This document shows, one piece after another, positions 12,931 to 29,669 of a stretch of DNA of 64,000 bases. The DNA is from the human T2T-CHM13v2.0 reference genome, Homo sapiens: the NCBI RefSeq assembly GCF_009914755.1, contig NC_060942.1. One strand, given 5' to 3'. Positions within the stretch are counted from its first letter, which is position 1; the number at the start of each line of letters is the position of its first letter. The position numbers and the translations under genes were made by a program. Under the pieces are notes generated by a model. That model did not search any database and was not told the origin of the DNA. It saw nothing but the letters and a program-made list of their open reading frames with translations.

Positions 12931-13129
12931 TCATCTTCTTTACTATCACTGGGTTGTGTTTCTGAAATAATAACTTTACATAGGAACTTGGATGTGTAAA
13001 TTACATGATCGCAAATCAAACTACTACTGTGATTATCAGTACTATGCTACTACTTCTGTCTTTCTACCACTATCATCATTATTATTTATTTTGCTTTTAA
13101 TATGTGTTAGTATGTATACTAACAGTTTT

Positions 13130-13300
13130 GTGTCTGTTATGTCATTTAATTCTCACAACAAGCCTGTGAGGCTTATATTATAATATTAATTTTAAATAAG
13201 ATAAAATAGAGGCTTAAAAATGTTTAAATAACTTCCTCCAGTTCAGAAATGTAGTCATGACTAATGCAGGGTTTGAAACCCAGGTCTGGCTACATTATAC
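13130..13300 (-). mobile_element. MIR
   Basis: tcatttaattctcacaacaagcctgtgagg...gggtttgaaacccaggtctggct. Confidence 0.75.
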
Positions 13301-13809
13301 CACCTTACAATGCCATTCAAAATTGAAAGGGTCCAACTGAAGCCATAAATGTCATCAGTACAAAAAAGGTACTGATAAATGCTGTTAACATTTATTAAGC
13401 TATTTCTTCACAGAGGTGAGGTTTATCTAACACTTGAATCAATTGTGTTAAAATCAAATGTCAGTTCAGGCAATTAGAAGTCACATTTATTGAGACATAT
13501 CTAATAAAACTCAGCAAGTAAAATATAGACATACAAAACAAATTCCTTACTTGACATTAGAATTTGTGCTGGGATAATTTTCTAATTAAAAACTCTTCTG
13601 GTTTACAGATTATTAGCAAATCTATTTAAAGTGGTAGACAGTGTAAAAGAATAAGGGATAGAAAAGCACTTAAACCTAATGATTCATCAGTCAGACTGCC
13701 TAGATATTCTAAGGTATATATCAATTATAATTTCACAAGGTCAAAAACCATAGGCGGCTCAGACCCTATCTTTGAGAAGTCTATACCTTAGTGGGTAGAA
13801 CATGTAAGC

Positions 13810-13846
13810 ACACATTCACACACACACACACACACACACACCCCAC
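13810..13846. repeat. (CA)n microsatellite
   Basis: Read directly. Confidence 0.9.
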
Positions 13847-13948
13847 AGACACCTTGAGAATATTTTAAAGTAATTTATAAGTTGTTTGCATTATCAAGAT
13901 ATTGAGAAGACTGGCAAAATGAAGACAAGCACCTATTTCTTTAAAATC

Positions 13949-14182
13949 ATGGTTTTTCAAACTTTTTAAAGATCCTCAATGCCAAGGAGATTTTTAATAC
14001 TTTTTTTCTTAAAAGAACCTTCCCCTATGAAATTTTTATACCAGAGATATGTTGTATGTTTGTGTTTAAACTATGAGCACTTTGGAGGACCATAAACCAT
14101 TGTAATATCTAAAAATTGGTTCACTCCCCATGTATAAATTTCACCCCCCAGAAGATGGTGTCACTCCTGTTGAAAATGCATG
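13949..14182. mobile_element. hAT-Charlie-type MER with imperfect TIRs
   Basis: Ends catggtttttcaa... and ...ttgaaaatgcatg form imperfect inverted termini. Confidence 0.55.
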
Positions 14183-15506
14183 ATTTAGCATTATAAAAAT
14201 ATGTGCTGGTATTTAATGTGAAGTGTATTATCAAGCTCCATTTAATAATCACATAATTCTATTTTATCATCAACCAGAAAATTACCACATTTTTAAATAT
14301 TTTTGTGAATTTGAATTTGCTAATTCATACACTTAATGTCTGTCTTTTATTAAATTTTTTTTTGATATGGTAACAATGTGTACCAGTAAGTGCATATTAA
14401 ATTAAATATAAAATGTTTAAATAGGCTAAAAATATGAAACATACCCTTCAGTGTCCTGGGAGTTGAGCTAAATTTCTAAAGTACTAAAAATTACCATTGA
14501 CTCCTGCTGAGGACAAGTCACAATTTGAAGAAGTAGTAAAAAATGTTGATTGTCTTTATCTGACTATAATTTGTATCAATTCAGCAGTATAATAAACGTC
14601 AAAGTAACCTCCACATAATGGCAAAAACAAGGGATAAAATCCAAACTCGATATCCTCTAAATGTGTCCCGGCTGGAGCCCTGGAGATTGTCTCCAGACTT
14701 GTAATACAATCAGGTCTGGGGAAATACCATGAAAATGTTTTCTTTCAATCACTTGTAATTGGTATTCTTAAAGTGAAGGGTGGAAAATAAAGGGGATGGG
14801 ATATTTCGATTTGCTGCTTTTGTTTGGAATTGCTCAAATCACAAGTAACTACAGGGCAAATTGACATCTTCTCGGTTGAGTTGTAACCTTTTCAGCCTCC
14901 ATTTCTTTCCAAGGTTTGTAAACAAACAGATTTGAGTGAGGACATTCAAAAGTTGGTCTCAAACCAAAGTTCCATCCTGGCATTTTAGGTTACACATAAC
15001 TTGGCCTCATTTATATGTTTTTCAATTGTATTTATCTTTCTTCCCCACCTTAAAAGTTTAACTATTTCTCTAGGTTTCTTCCTCATTATTCCCGGAACGA
15101 ACCATGCTAATTGCCACCTTGGCAACCGGAGCTTGCTCTTATTTTCCTGGAGATTTTTGGCACCCCTGTGGGTTGGCATACTCATCCACCACGATTCTTT
15201 TATTAAGGCATTCTCAAAAAGCTCACACACTGATCAACCTCTTCTCTTCCTGATAATTCTTGTTTCATTCAACTGTTCTGCATAGTATGTTATTAATGTG
15301 GCAAATATTCATTTAACCAGCAAATGCTTAGTAAGCCTTACAATGTGCCATATATTGTTACTGGACACTAGGAATTACTAAAGAACAAAACAAAGACATA
15401 GAGTCCTATCATCAAATAGTTTATAAGTAGTGAGGGGAATTAGACAATAAAAATACAATATATAAAATATCATATGTAAAAATGAAATTAAAATACGATG
15501 TTAAAA

Positions 15507-15785
15507 CAGGCATCAGTAAACTTTTTACTGTAAAGGACCAGATAGTACAACTACCCAATTTTGCCCTTGAGTAAGAAAGCAGCCATATACACAAAATGAG
15601 TTCTGTTCCAAAAAACTTGCTTTATGGTCATTAGGATTTAAATTTAATAAAACTTTCTTGTGTTATAAAATATTGTGCTTTTGACTTAAAATCATTTAAA
15701 ATATTAAAAAATTTTTTTTAGTTTTTGGATTATATAAAAGCCAGAGGTGGTCCTAATTTGACCTATGGGCTAGTTGCTGAGCCTG
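15507..15785 (+). mobile_element. MER58B (hAT-Charlie)
   Basis: caggcatcagtaaacttttt.ctgtaaaggaccagatagta...gaaagcagccata...tttgacctatgggctagttgctgagcctg. Confidence 0.75.
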
Positions 15786-15871
15786 GGTTTAGATAATAGC
15801 AAATGTTAAGGAGAAAACTAAATTAGAGAAGTGGTTCAGGCACTATTGGCAGGTTAGAGAGTATTGCCAGG

Positions 15872-16171
15872 TTTGTTATTGTTGTTTGTTTTTTTTGAGA
15901 CAGGATCTCACTCTATCACCCAGGCTGGAGTGCAATGGCATAATCGTGGCTCACTGCGGCCTCGACTACCTCCCAGGCCTAGGTAATTCTCCCACCTCAG
16001 CCTCCAAGTAGCTGGAACTACAGTCGTGCACCACCACACCCAGCTAATTTTTGTATTTTTTTGTAGAGACGGGGTCTCACCATGTTACCCAGGCTGGTCT
16101 TGAACTCCTGGGGTCAAGTGATTCCCCTGCCAAATTGTTAGGATTACAGGTGTGAGCCACCATGCCCAGCC
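15872..16171 (-). mobile_element. AluJ
   Basis: Complete dimer; approximate TSD tattgccaggttt/tattgcagttt. Confidence 0.9.
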
Positions 16172-16424
16172 AAATATTGCAGTTTTAGAGAAAGTAGCCA
16201 GACAAGACCTTACTGAAAGGTGGCATTCAAATAAAGAACTGCAGGAATATGTATAAATTTCACTGGATAAGATATTTAAGAAATAAAATGTTTTCTTATT
16301 TTTTCTAATTTATTCAATATCAGTCTCTAATTTCTTATTTTTACAGATTCTTTACCTATGATCAATGGGCACAATCCCTTACCCCAATCCCCTCAGAGAG
16401 GCCTGTATATAAAACAGTATTTCA

Positions 16425-18340
<1,916 letters not shown>

Positions 18341-18769
18341 AGAGTCCAGGGAATAAAATTATTTGAAGCTCTTTAAGAGTTAGGGATTGTTAAAAACTGC
18401 ATCCTAAAAGACTAGATGGAGGTTTTGGAATTGGAATCCTGACCTTGGTATTATTAACTTCCTCTAAGTATCTAGCTGGCCCTTTGATAGCTTTTCTATA
18501 AAAGTCCCTTTATATGTACCTAGACAGATATACTCTAAGACACTCAACTTTTCACCTGTAGAATGTCTAGAACCTTTCCCTTTTACCAACTTCAAACCAG
18601 CATGTCTATCTTTAATGCAACCTCTCATTGTCTCTTACTGGCTTTTAGAAATTCCTCCAACTGTCTCAATAACTCACTCTCATAATTATTTCAAAACCCT
18701 TTCCCCTCATATTTTCCCACCACTGATGACTTGCTGCACATTAATGGTCTGGACTTACTACAGCCACTG

Positions 18770-19015
18770 AAAATATATTAATGCTATTTAACCGTGTCTA
18801 GCATGTGCTATGTACCAGGTATTATACTACAATCCCAAATGCATTACTTTATTTTGTACCAGAAACTCCCTATGAAATAGCTAAGCTGTTGTTCTTGTTG
18901 ACATTTGACAGTTAAGCAAACTGAAAGATAAAAGATAGAAAGAAAGCTCAAGTAACTTAACCAGGGCTGGTGTTCTGACCAAATCCACTTAAGCCCATGC
19001 TCTTAATAAATGCTT
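18770..19015 (-). mobile_element. MIR
   Basis: catttgacagttaagcaaactgaa...aagtaacttaaccagggc...aagcccatgctcttaa. Confidence 0.6.
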
Positions 19016-19079
19016 ATGACTACATCCAAAGTATATAATTATTGAATATTTCTAAGAAATATATTATTGCTAAATAAAG

Positions 19080-20510
<1,431 letters not shown>

Positions 20511-21239
20511 TATTACTTTCCATATGAAATTAAATAAATGTTATTCATAAGAGTTGGTGACTTGCCATACTCTACGCAAAGTGTAGTCCTGTGGTATATC
20601 TACATATATGTCATTGTTATTACTTAAAAATTGTCATAATGCAACAGGTAGACTTAAAAGGAAGCTCACTATCATATCCATATAACTTTATACCATGTAC
20701 ATTGCCTGTCCATCAGGATGTCAACAGGATAATTGCTAAGATAAGTAAAAGTGAAATCACAGGTCTAGTCTCTAAGGGATGCTGACTTTAGCTTAAATGA
20801 GCAATGACCATTAGCTAAGCCATTAGCCCAATCTTCAGAATTAACTTAAAAATTGACTGTAGTATATTTTAAGGAGCCAGCTTCTCCAGAGACATAAAAG
20901 TCATTTCAGGAAGCCCTATTAACCAGGATACTCAGTAAATTTCTGTTTTAGGGCACCGAAATGTAACCTGATGGTTGGAAAAAACTACAGTAACTTTCTG
21001 AGTTGCATAACTTATTTCCAGGGATTCATTCCAAAACGTTTTTATGTATCACATGTCACTGGCATAGCCAAGAAAATTGTTTTCAAACTTTTCAAGGAAC
21101 AGAAATTATAGAATTTTAAAAGTTATGTAATATCCTTCTCGCTATAGTACACACATATAATAAAGCAAAAATTAGAATTTCTCCCAGAAATCTATTTTAA
21201 AGAAAAGTGAGTCTGTATTTGATAAAAATTTCCATAATC

Positions 21240-21400
21240 ACCATCAAAGCCTAGACTTTTAAAACTAGAGGAGTCTTAGAAATCAGCTCTTTCAATTATC
21301 CATTTTAAAGATGAAAAGTTGAAACCTGCAGTGATGTGCAAAATTGATATACTGAGATAACAGAGAATAGAAACCAAAACCCAGATAATACTTGCTTCAT
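21240..21400 (-). mobile_element. MIR
   Basis: ctagaggagtcttagaaatc...ccattttaaagatgaaaagttgaaacc. Confidence 0.6.
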
Positions 21401-22049
21401 TCTCTCTCGATAATTACAAGCAAATAGAGAAGACAGATTTTTAGATTTAAGAACAAAATTTCTTGGGTCTCTGAGTTCTTCATACTATTATTTTAAAAAA
21501 TTTAAGCTATCTATTCCATAAATGAACTGGCTTCAATATCCTTTAATACTACAGGCTTCTTGCACAGTTCATTTGTTTAAAATGTCATGAATATTAAATA
21601 ATTGACAGCTGCATGTTTTGACCCCTGCCTGAAGCAAGCACCAGGTATATTAGGAATAACACAGTTCTACAAAGAATGAAGGAGAGAGCAAATTAAATCC
21701 TGGAGAACTCATCTACAGAGATTGAGATGCCCTCTAGCATTTGTTAACACCAGGCAAAAGTCACTAATTATAGCTATACTGTTCATGCCACTGAAGTACT
21801 TAGGACCAGCATTGTGTGCCTTTCTGTAATTGTATCAGGAAATGTGAAACCATCAAGGAACTTGACAGGTGTCATTTTACCTAAATGGAGTTGCTTTCAA
21901 CAAATCCAAAAAGGAAGGGTGTTTTACCCATTGGATTAAATTAAACAATGAGAATGCTTTCCTTGCCCTCATCTTGTTAGTTGATAAGAAAAGGACTAGA
22001 AGAAATGACTCATGCCTTGAAGGATTAACAACTCAGATGATGAGATGGG

Positions 22050-22237
22050 GCTGCTACCCCTGAAGCATAATGCATGATCATTAATTGATGGACATTGTAG
22101 AATGGAAAACAATAATATTTAATTCAATTCTGAAAATATTTATTGAACCCTTATTTGGGACTGATCTCTGTGCTTGATCCTGTGGATGCAAACCTTTCCA
22201 GATCAAAAGCCTATAATTCCAACTTCAAATTATACAT
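22050..22237 (+). repeat. Dispersed direct duplication, block A copy 1 (copy 2 at 23596-23785)
   Basis: gctgctac..ctgaagcataat...tgtagaatggaaaacaataatatttaattcaa...ccagatcaaaagcctataattc...cttcaaattatacat is shared by both copies. Confidence 0.92.
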
Positions 22238-23190
22238 TTTTATGATGACTTTCCAGGACAAACTCTATATCTACATCAAAAAGAATGACTAATTAGTAGC
22301 TGTGGTTCAAAAAGTGCTTGGAGGGATGTGTTTGTCCTTAGACTATTACAGTCACCTCTCTAGGATGATGCTAAACTGAGATTCTAAAAGATTATCAAGA
22401 TTGTAAAGAACCTGAGAAACCATATTCTCATCTCTCACTGCAAAAAGGAGACTCTCGAGCTCAAACAACTTATCCACGTTTACTCATCACTCACACTTTT
22501 GATCGCAGAGTCCGAGCAGAATTATTTCCTGATTTCTTCCAGTTGTTTTTTTTCATTACCCTGTTTGATTTTTTTTAATTATTTTTCTTCATTTTTACAC
22601 ACATATTTTCCTAATCATGGGCCAATAGATAAATGTGTGAATTAATACTTCTAGGACAAAAATTGACCTTAGTCCTTAATTTGATTCAAAAACCTGAAAG
22701 TTAAATAATTTCATATGAACATTAACCAGTTTGTATGCAACTCATTTGTGAGAAGGTTATGACTAGAGGCTACTATGGAGTAAGTTAGCTTGGATTTTAA
22801 CCCCTGATTCAATTTCTTATTGCTTGGGTGATTTTGATCAAGGTAATTTAACATTTCTAAACCCTAGTTTCTACATAATTTAAATGAAGATGAGGTATGT
22901 TAAAATACAGAATGATATTAGATTTCATATTTAAAATATTTATTCCTATCCCTGACTCACAGTATAGACTCCATAAATATTTAAAATTAAAAAAAAACAA
23001 GAAAGCAAAAACTGTTTTTGAATATACTGAGGAAAGCAGTCTTCCAATTCCAACCTTCACTTAGAACTCAATTTCATTCTAAATAAAAACCACATAAGCC
23101 CTGGAATATAAACAGTGTCATGCCAAATTCTTACCGCCAACTTTATGAAATCATATTGCCAAAATTGGGATCTTCTAAAACAATCTTCTG

Positions 23191-23320
23191 TCATTGTGGT
23201 CCTAAAAACTGCTGAACAACTACAATACTGCTGGGCAGGGGTAATTTGAAAGATTTATCTTTCCCTCCGCATGCTGTGTTTTCAGAAATCAGTTAACTTT
23301 TGCTAACTTAGAACCTATGC
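23191..23320 (+). repeat. Dispersed direct duplication, block B copy 1 (copy 2 at 24605-24734)
   Basis: ctgggcag.g.taatt..aaaga...gcatgctgtg.ttt.agaaatcagt...cttttgctaacttagaa..tatgc is shared by both copies. Confidence 0.85.
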
Positions 23321-23595
23321 CAAAAATCAGTTGTGTCATTATTTCATAAGACACAATGAATAAATATTTTTGATAGAAAAAGTCACTGCTTATAGACTTA
23401 TGCTTTCACTGTAGAAGAGCTTGAGTACTTTGTGGGGGAAGGTTTTAATGGAAACTAGAAAATTTTAATGGAAACTAAAAAATATTTGAAAATGACTGTC
23501 ATGTAAATGCAGCACATCGAAACTTGTGAAGATTTATATTTGAGAAAAAAAGGAATACCGAAATTTAATGAGTTAAATATTCTATATTGGACAGT

Positions 23596-23785
23596 GCTGC
23601 TACATCTGAAGCATAATACAGGATCATTAATTGATGAACAATGTAGAATGGAAAACAATAATATTTAATTCAACTCAAAAAATATTTATTGAGCCCTTAT
23701 GTGGGGCTGATCTCTGTGCTTGTTTCTGTGGATTTAAACTTTCCCAGATCAAAAGCCTATAATTCTGTGACTTCAAATTATACAT
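23596..23785 (+). repeat. Block A copy 2
   Basis: Matches 22050-22237; offset 1546 bp. Confidence 0.92.
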
Positions 23786-23900
23786 ATATTTATTTATTGT
23801 TTTTATAAAAAAGAATGATAGAAGAAATTAAAACAAAATAATAAATAAAGCATCATAAAAATGCAAAAAAAAAATGAAGAAGAAGAAATGTCAACAATTT

Positions 23901-24040
23901 GGCCAGGCATGGTGGCTCATGCCTGTAATTCAAACACTTTGAGAGCCTGAGGTTGGAGGATCACTTGAGCCCAGGAGTTCAAGACTAGCACTCCAGGCTG
24001 GGAGACAGAGCAAGTCCCTGTCTAAATAAATAAATAAATA
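23901..24040 (+). mobile_element. Monomeric AluJ-like element (left-arm head fused to right-arm tail)
   Basis: ggccaggcatggtggctcatgcctgtaat...gagttcaagacta|gcactccaggctgggagacagagcaag; (TAAA)n tail; TSD gtcaacaat. Confidence 0.8.
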
Positions 24041-24604
24041 GAGTCAACAATGTAAAATAAGTGTTTTTTATAAAAAGCTATTGAAATAGATGGACTTCTA
24101 GTAAAACTAAACAATGAATATAATATGCAGAAACAAATAATACTGGTATTTAAAAACCAGCTAATATATAAATTTCTTTAAACACATAGAGAAAATATTA
24201 TGAATTTGAAAATTTAAAGTAAAAAATTTCCTATTAAAGTTTTGACTCAGTTATGAAAAATCAATCTGTCAGCATCAGTAAATAAAAGATTCAGAGTAGT
24301 TTAGAGAAGCTCCTACTTTCTAATCAATGAATAGATAATCTCAATATTATCCAAAATCTTACAGAAACTAAAAAAAACTCTCCCATATCCCATTATCTCA
24401 ATAATTAGATGCTCGACTAAATAAACTTACCAGAATCTTTTGTGGGACTAAATATGCAATACTGTCCATCTTCCAAGTTATTTGTATGGAAGAATTTTAG
24501 GCTGGAAGACATATTTCACAGGAGAAGACTTTTTCCCTATGCCTTTCGACTCAGAGCCTGAGCGTACCACTAACTCTCCCACCTTTGACTAATATAGTCA
24601 TTTA

Positions 24605-24734
24605 TCATTGTTGCCATAAAGACCTCTAGGCAGCCACAAAACTTCTGGGCAGAGATAATTCAAAAGAATTGATTCTCATTCTGCATGCTGTGATTTGAGA
24701 AATCAGTGTGCTTTTGCTAACTTAGAAATTATGC
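24605..24734 (+). repeat. Block B copy 2
   Basis: Matches 23191-23320; offset 1414 bp. Confidence 0.85.
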
Positions 24735-24737
24735 ACG

Positions 24738-25090
24738 AATTGGTGGCTTAAAACAAGCCTGCACGTAGGCTGGGGTAACCCTTGGAATGAGTCAGCTGAG
24801 CTAGCATGAATGGTCTATGATGGCCTTCCTCCCTTGTCAGTTGGCAGAATGGTTAAGCTTAGCTGGGTTGGCTTATCTATGCTCCACGTGGTCTCTCACC
24901 TTTCAGGAGGCTTGTCTTTGATTCTGCACATGTTAGTCCCCAGGTTCCAAAGAGCAGCAAGAGACAGATAAAGACCAACATGCAGCACATTACAACTCTT
25001 ACTAACCAAAGAAAGTTGTCAGGCCAGTCTGGAGTCAGTGTGTGGCGGGGGACACTGCCAAAGGGCACAGATAGGTGAAAGGAAACCCAT
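24738..25090 (-). mobile_element. Old MLT1 (G/H-like) LTR fragment
   Basis: gtggcttaaaacaa..., ctccacgtggtctctcacctttcagg, gttccaaagagcagcaag. Confidence 0.55.
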
Positions 25091-25329
25091 TTATGTCAAA
25101 TAAATACCAAATATATATAGCAAAGAGCAAAATGGATAATATTTATTAAATATTTTACTAGGACTGACAAATGAAAAAATATCCCATCTCCAGACAAGAG
25201 CACTGTGTACAGTCACTGTTGGGTGTGTTGATATTACACCATCTATTTCAGTTTAAGTCAAGCAATTCACCGATAATGTGTGCTCTAATGTATACAAGAA
25301 ATGGTTAGATGTATTTATGGTCTTTGATG

Positions 25330-25610
25330 AGCCTGAAATTAAATTGAAACAAGATACCACCATTTAAAAAGTTAAAAAATCCTCAGAAAGCATTAAGTGT
25401 TCACAAGCTGTTGGGGGAAAGGACAGAAAATACTTGATTGAAGAGGTGGTACTTGGGCCAGGCCTTGAAGAATAAGTAGAAATTTTCTAGACAACAAGAA
25501 AATTGGAGTCCTTCCTGGTGAGAAGAACAATAAAGTAAAAGTTGTGAAAGTGGAAGTGATCTTGTTATAAGTGGCAGATTTGTAGTAAACTGCCCTGACA
25601 TGTAGCATGG
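25330..25610 (-). mobile_element. L2 fragment
   Basis: gaagaggtggtacttgggccaggccttgaagaataagtagaaatt. Confidence 0.55.
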
Positions 25611-26332
25611 TGGGGAATGGGAGTGCAGTGGGTTCTGTGTCAGATTATAGAAAACCAGGCTCTCTATTTTCTCCTGTCACTTAGACTGGAGCTGATGATA
25701 AAGGCCGGAACCTCACTTCTCTTCCCTAGGTTGTTTTTTTTGTTTTGTTTTGTTTTTTTTGTTCTGTTTTTTTTTTTTTTTTTCCCAATTGCTTTAACCA
25801 CAGCATCAAACAACTAAGCAGGTTGAAATGATGGGTAGTAACAAAACTGCTTAAATGAGTTTATTTCATATTAGGTGATATTTGACAGCATCCAGGATAC
25901 ATGAATCCTTTTCTATTTATCTCACTGAGTGCCAGATTGTGTGATAATATATGCGGAGGAGATGTTCTATGCAAATCACGTTCCATATTGCTGTAAGGCT
26001 TCTGCTCCCACATGCTATACAGGGCGCCCTTCCACACAACCACTCTGGCTGAACTGAGCTGGCCCATGTGGAACTAATAGACTCCTTCTTTCCGTCCTTC
26101 AAAGCAACAAAACCTTACACTACAAGGGCGGAAAGGCTTATTTAACTTTGTTCTTCTAGACTTTCTAGATCTCACCAAATGTCAGCCAATTCTAAACTGG
26201 ATGGAAAGGGTCTTCCAAGGATAAAAGCACCCCTGACTTCTTCTTCATTCCCTATGCCTTCTAAGGACCGGTTCCCACCCAGTTCCCTACCATATTCACA
26301 AAAACAGAGTAGAAATTCCTGTGAAGAAGTAA

Positions 26333-26642
<310 letters not shown>

Positions 26643-28457
26643 GGGTTTAAAATCTTAGGAGGACTCACCAGACAAAAATCCAAGCTTTTGATCTTGTATC
26701 CTATTTTCTAGTATTAAGATACACATGCACTTGGGCACAGTTCACGTACAGCAATGTTTCTCTTCCATAGGGGAGGAGTGAAATGAATGTGATCCTTAGA
26801 GTCACCTAATAGCTAAATGGGGCAGTTAAGAAAAATGTTAAAGACTAGATGGTTTATAGTGTTGACTCAAATCCCTCTTTAGGGAGTCTTCCCTGACTCT
26901 CCAAAGTATGGAGAGAGAAAATTATGACTTGTCTTCTGAAAACACATTCCTTGTAATCTCTGCCTTCTGTGTCTCTTGAGAACATGAGGCTAAAAGTTCC
27001 TATGAAAATAGAGATCCTCTTCTTCATTCTATTTTTTCCCCTAAACCAGTAAATTTATGCTTATCTGTAGAACAATAAGCAAGGGCCCAATTCTCTGGTA
27101 CTTCTACAACATAATGCAGCTATCTTACATTTTAAATTTGGTAGAAAGGAAATAGAAAATGAATGCATTCCTCAACAGTGAAACAGAAAGGACCACAACA
27201 CTTCCACAATGAGAAAAACACTGGAGTCGGTTCTTGTTAGCAGGACTATCACATGGGGTCTGTTTTAGAATGCTATGGCTTCCTAGCAACTCATTCTTGC
27301 TCCCAATACTTATAAACTCTTTTTGTACTTACAAACAAGTTGATCATTATGCTCTGTCAGTATCTGTGCAGCATGAGCATAATCAAGTTTCTAGCCTATT
27401 TACCCAACTTGTCAAGTCAATATGTAACCTTAAAGGACATCATTCAGTTACTTATCTCTAATCCTCAGTTCTTCTGTGACTTTCATGTCTCTGGCCATGT
27501 GCTGCAGACTTAGAACTTGCTCCATATTGGATCTGAAAGACAGGTTGAAAAGGGGAAGACAATTTAAGTCACTGGGGTGTTTGATCATTCATTTTAGGAA
27601 TAAATGGGAAAACTTAAAAAAAAAAAACCTAAAAATACACAATTTTTGTCTTCATCTTGAAAGTTGTGTATTTTCAAAAATTCAGTCATTTTTCAGTGCT
27701 TTTGGACAAGAATAGGAGAACAAAGTCCACTAAATTATTGTCAACATAGCTCTTTTCTATTTTGACAAAGCAGATTAAGGATAAATTGAGAAGGTTTGAT
27801 GATTTTAAGGAAACAAAATATAAAATATTGTGATTCCAGATTGTGTGGATCACATAATGTTATCTGATAGTTTCAAAGATGAGAAAAGAAGAAAATCTCA
27901 CAATACTGTTTAGAGCCTTCTTTCTCAGCAGGTTAAATTGTGTTCCTCCAAAAAACAGAGGGATTGATGTAATGATGTCATCAAATACTAGGATTTTAAA
28001 TTGCTTCCATGACAAGAGGTTTGACAGCTCCAAATGAGACTATAATTTTGTAATTTATGGTGTTTCTTACAAAAGCTAAGTAATAACAAGTAACAACAGG
28101 CTGGACTAATTGTAAATGGCATTTGTCTTCTAAATACTCAATTAGAATCATGAGATATGAGGGCAGTGATGTGAAAGTAAATGCCTATATAAGAAAGTAA
28201 CATTTTATTAAGGTTTAACATACTTGGTCATTTTAGCTCACTTTCTTACATTTTTAAATAGAGTATATTTCTTAGAAGACATATTCTAATATGCTAACTC
28301 TTTACTAAAGCCTTATTAATATTAACTAACCAATTGCAATATTTGAATTTATTTTCCCTTCTACAATTCCTTTTATCTTCTCCATGTATTCAGTATTTCT
28401 AATCCCTTTCTCTGGATTTTGGCTATGCTGCTTCTCAATCAAAAATGTTCTAACTCA

Positions 28458-28882
<425 letters not shown>

Positions 28883-29669
28883 TCAAGTCTAAAGACTTTT
28901 TTTATTCCTCATTCTGTTTGCACTATCTACATTTTAAGGTGGTTGTCACCTCTTCAATTTTAAAATTATCTTTCCCAGTGACTTTGGTTATAGGCATGTT
29001 ATATAGTGTCTATCTGCTTTCACCTTAGAGTCCATTTTAAGTGCCAACCCCAAGGGCTCTGTTGAGTAAGCATCTGTGTTTTATATCCTTTGATGTTAAC
29101 CCCTCAGGTACTCCTGATTAGCTCTAAGATAGATATTTCTCCAAACAGTAGCCAATAAACTAGCTGACAAGTGACTTACGACATATAATTTGCTATAAAA
29201 AAAAGTTAAGTGAGGGATATTCATTTGAGTTATAGCCTCTTAAACCAAGAACATAAACAGACTGAACTAGTTAGTAGAGGTTGAAACTGAAAAACCATAA
29301 TGAAGACATTTGAGGCAGCCTTGATAGTCAACTGGCAAACCAGATTATGAGAAATCAGAAAATACGAGTGAACAGAAGCAGCCCACTGAAAGGGTGAAAG
29401 AGAATAACAGAGCATGTGTACCGAGAGAAGATGTAATAAAAAAGGAGATAGTATATTTCATTACAAGAGCTGATCTTTTTACTGTTTTTTTTCCGCCCTT
29501 TTTAGTTTCAGTTTATTCATGAACTTACTCTATGTTTTTGGAGGATTTTTTTTAGATAAACAGTAGGTCTGTGTCCTTTGGAATGAAAGGCAGATTCTGT
29601 GATAACTCATAATTGTGGTTATTCTCTCTTCTTTCTCTGCTTCTTCCTGTCCATTTTCTTTTGTTTTTT

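Larger units (their letters stand above)
15300..16255 (-). mobile_element. L2 fragment interrupted by MER58B and an Alu
   Basis: attcatttaaccagcaaatgcttagtaagccttacaatgtgcca...; resumes as agaccttactgaaaggtggcattc. Confidence 0.6.

Noticed and set aside
14985-15285. Overlapping 81-aa and 94-aa ORFs in unique sequence
   Set aside because: Non-ATG starts, no recognisable domain, no convincing splice boundaries
25960-25980. Octamer ATGCAAAT as a SOX-OCT composite site
   Set aside because: The adjacent SOX half is a poor match, and a lone 8-mer is expected by chance in 64 kb of AT-rich DNA
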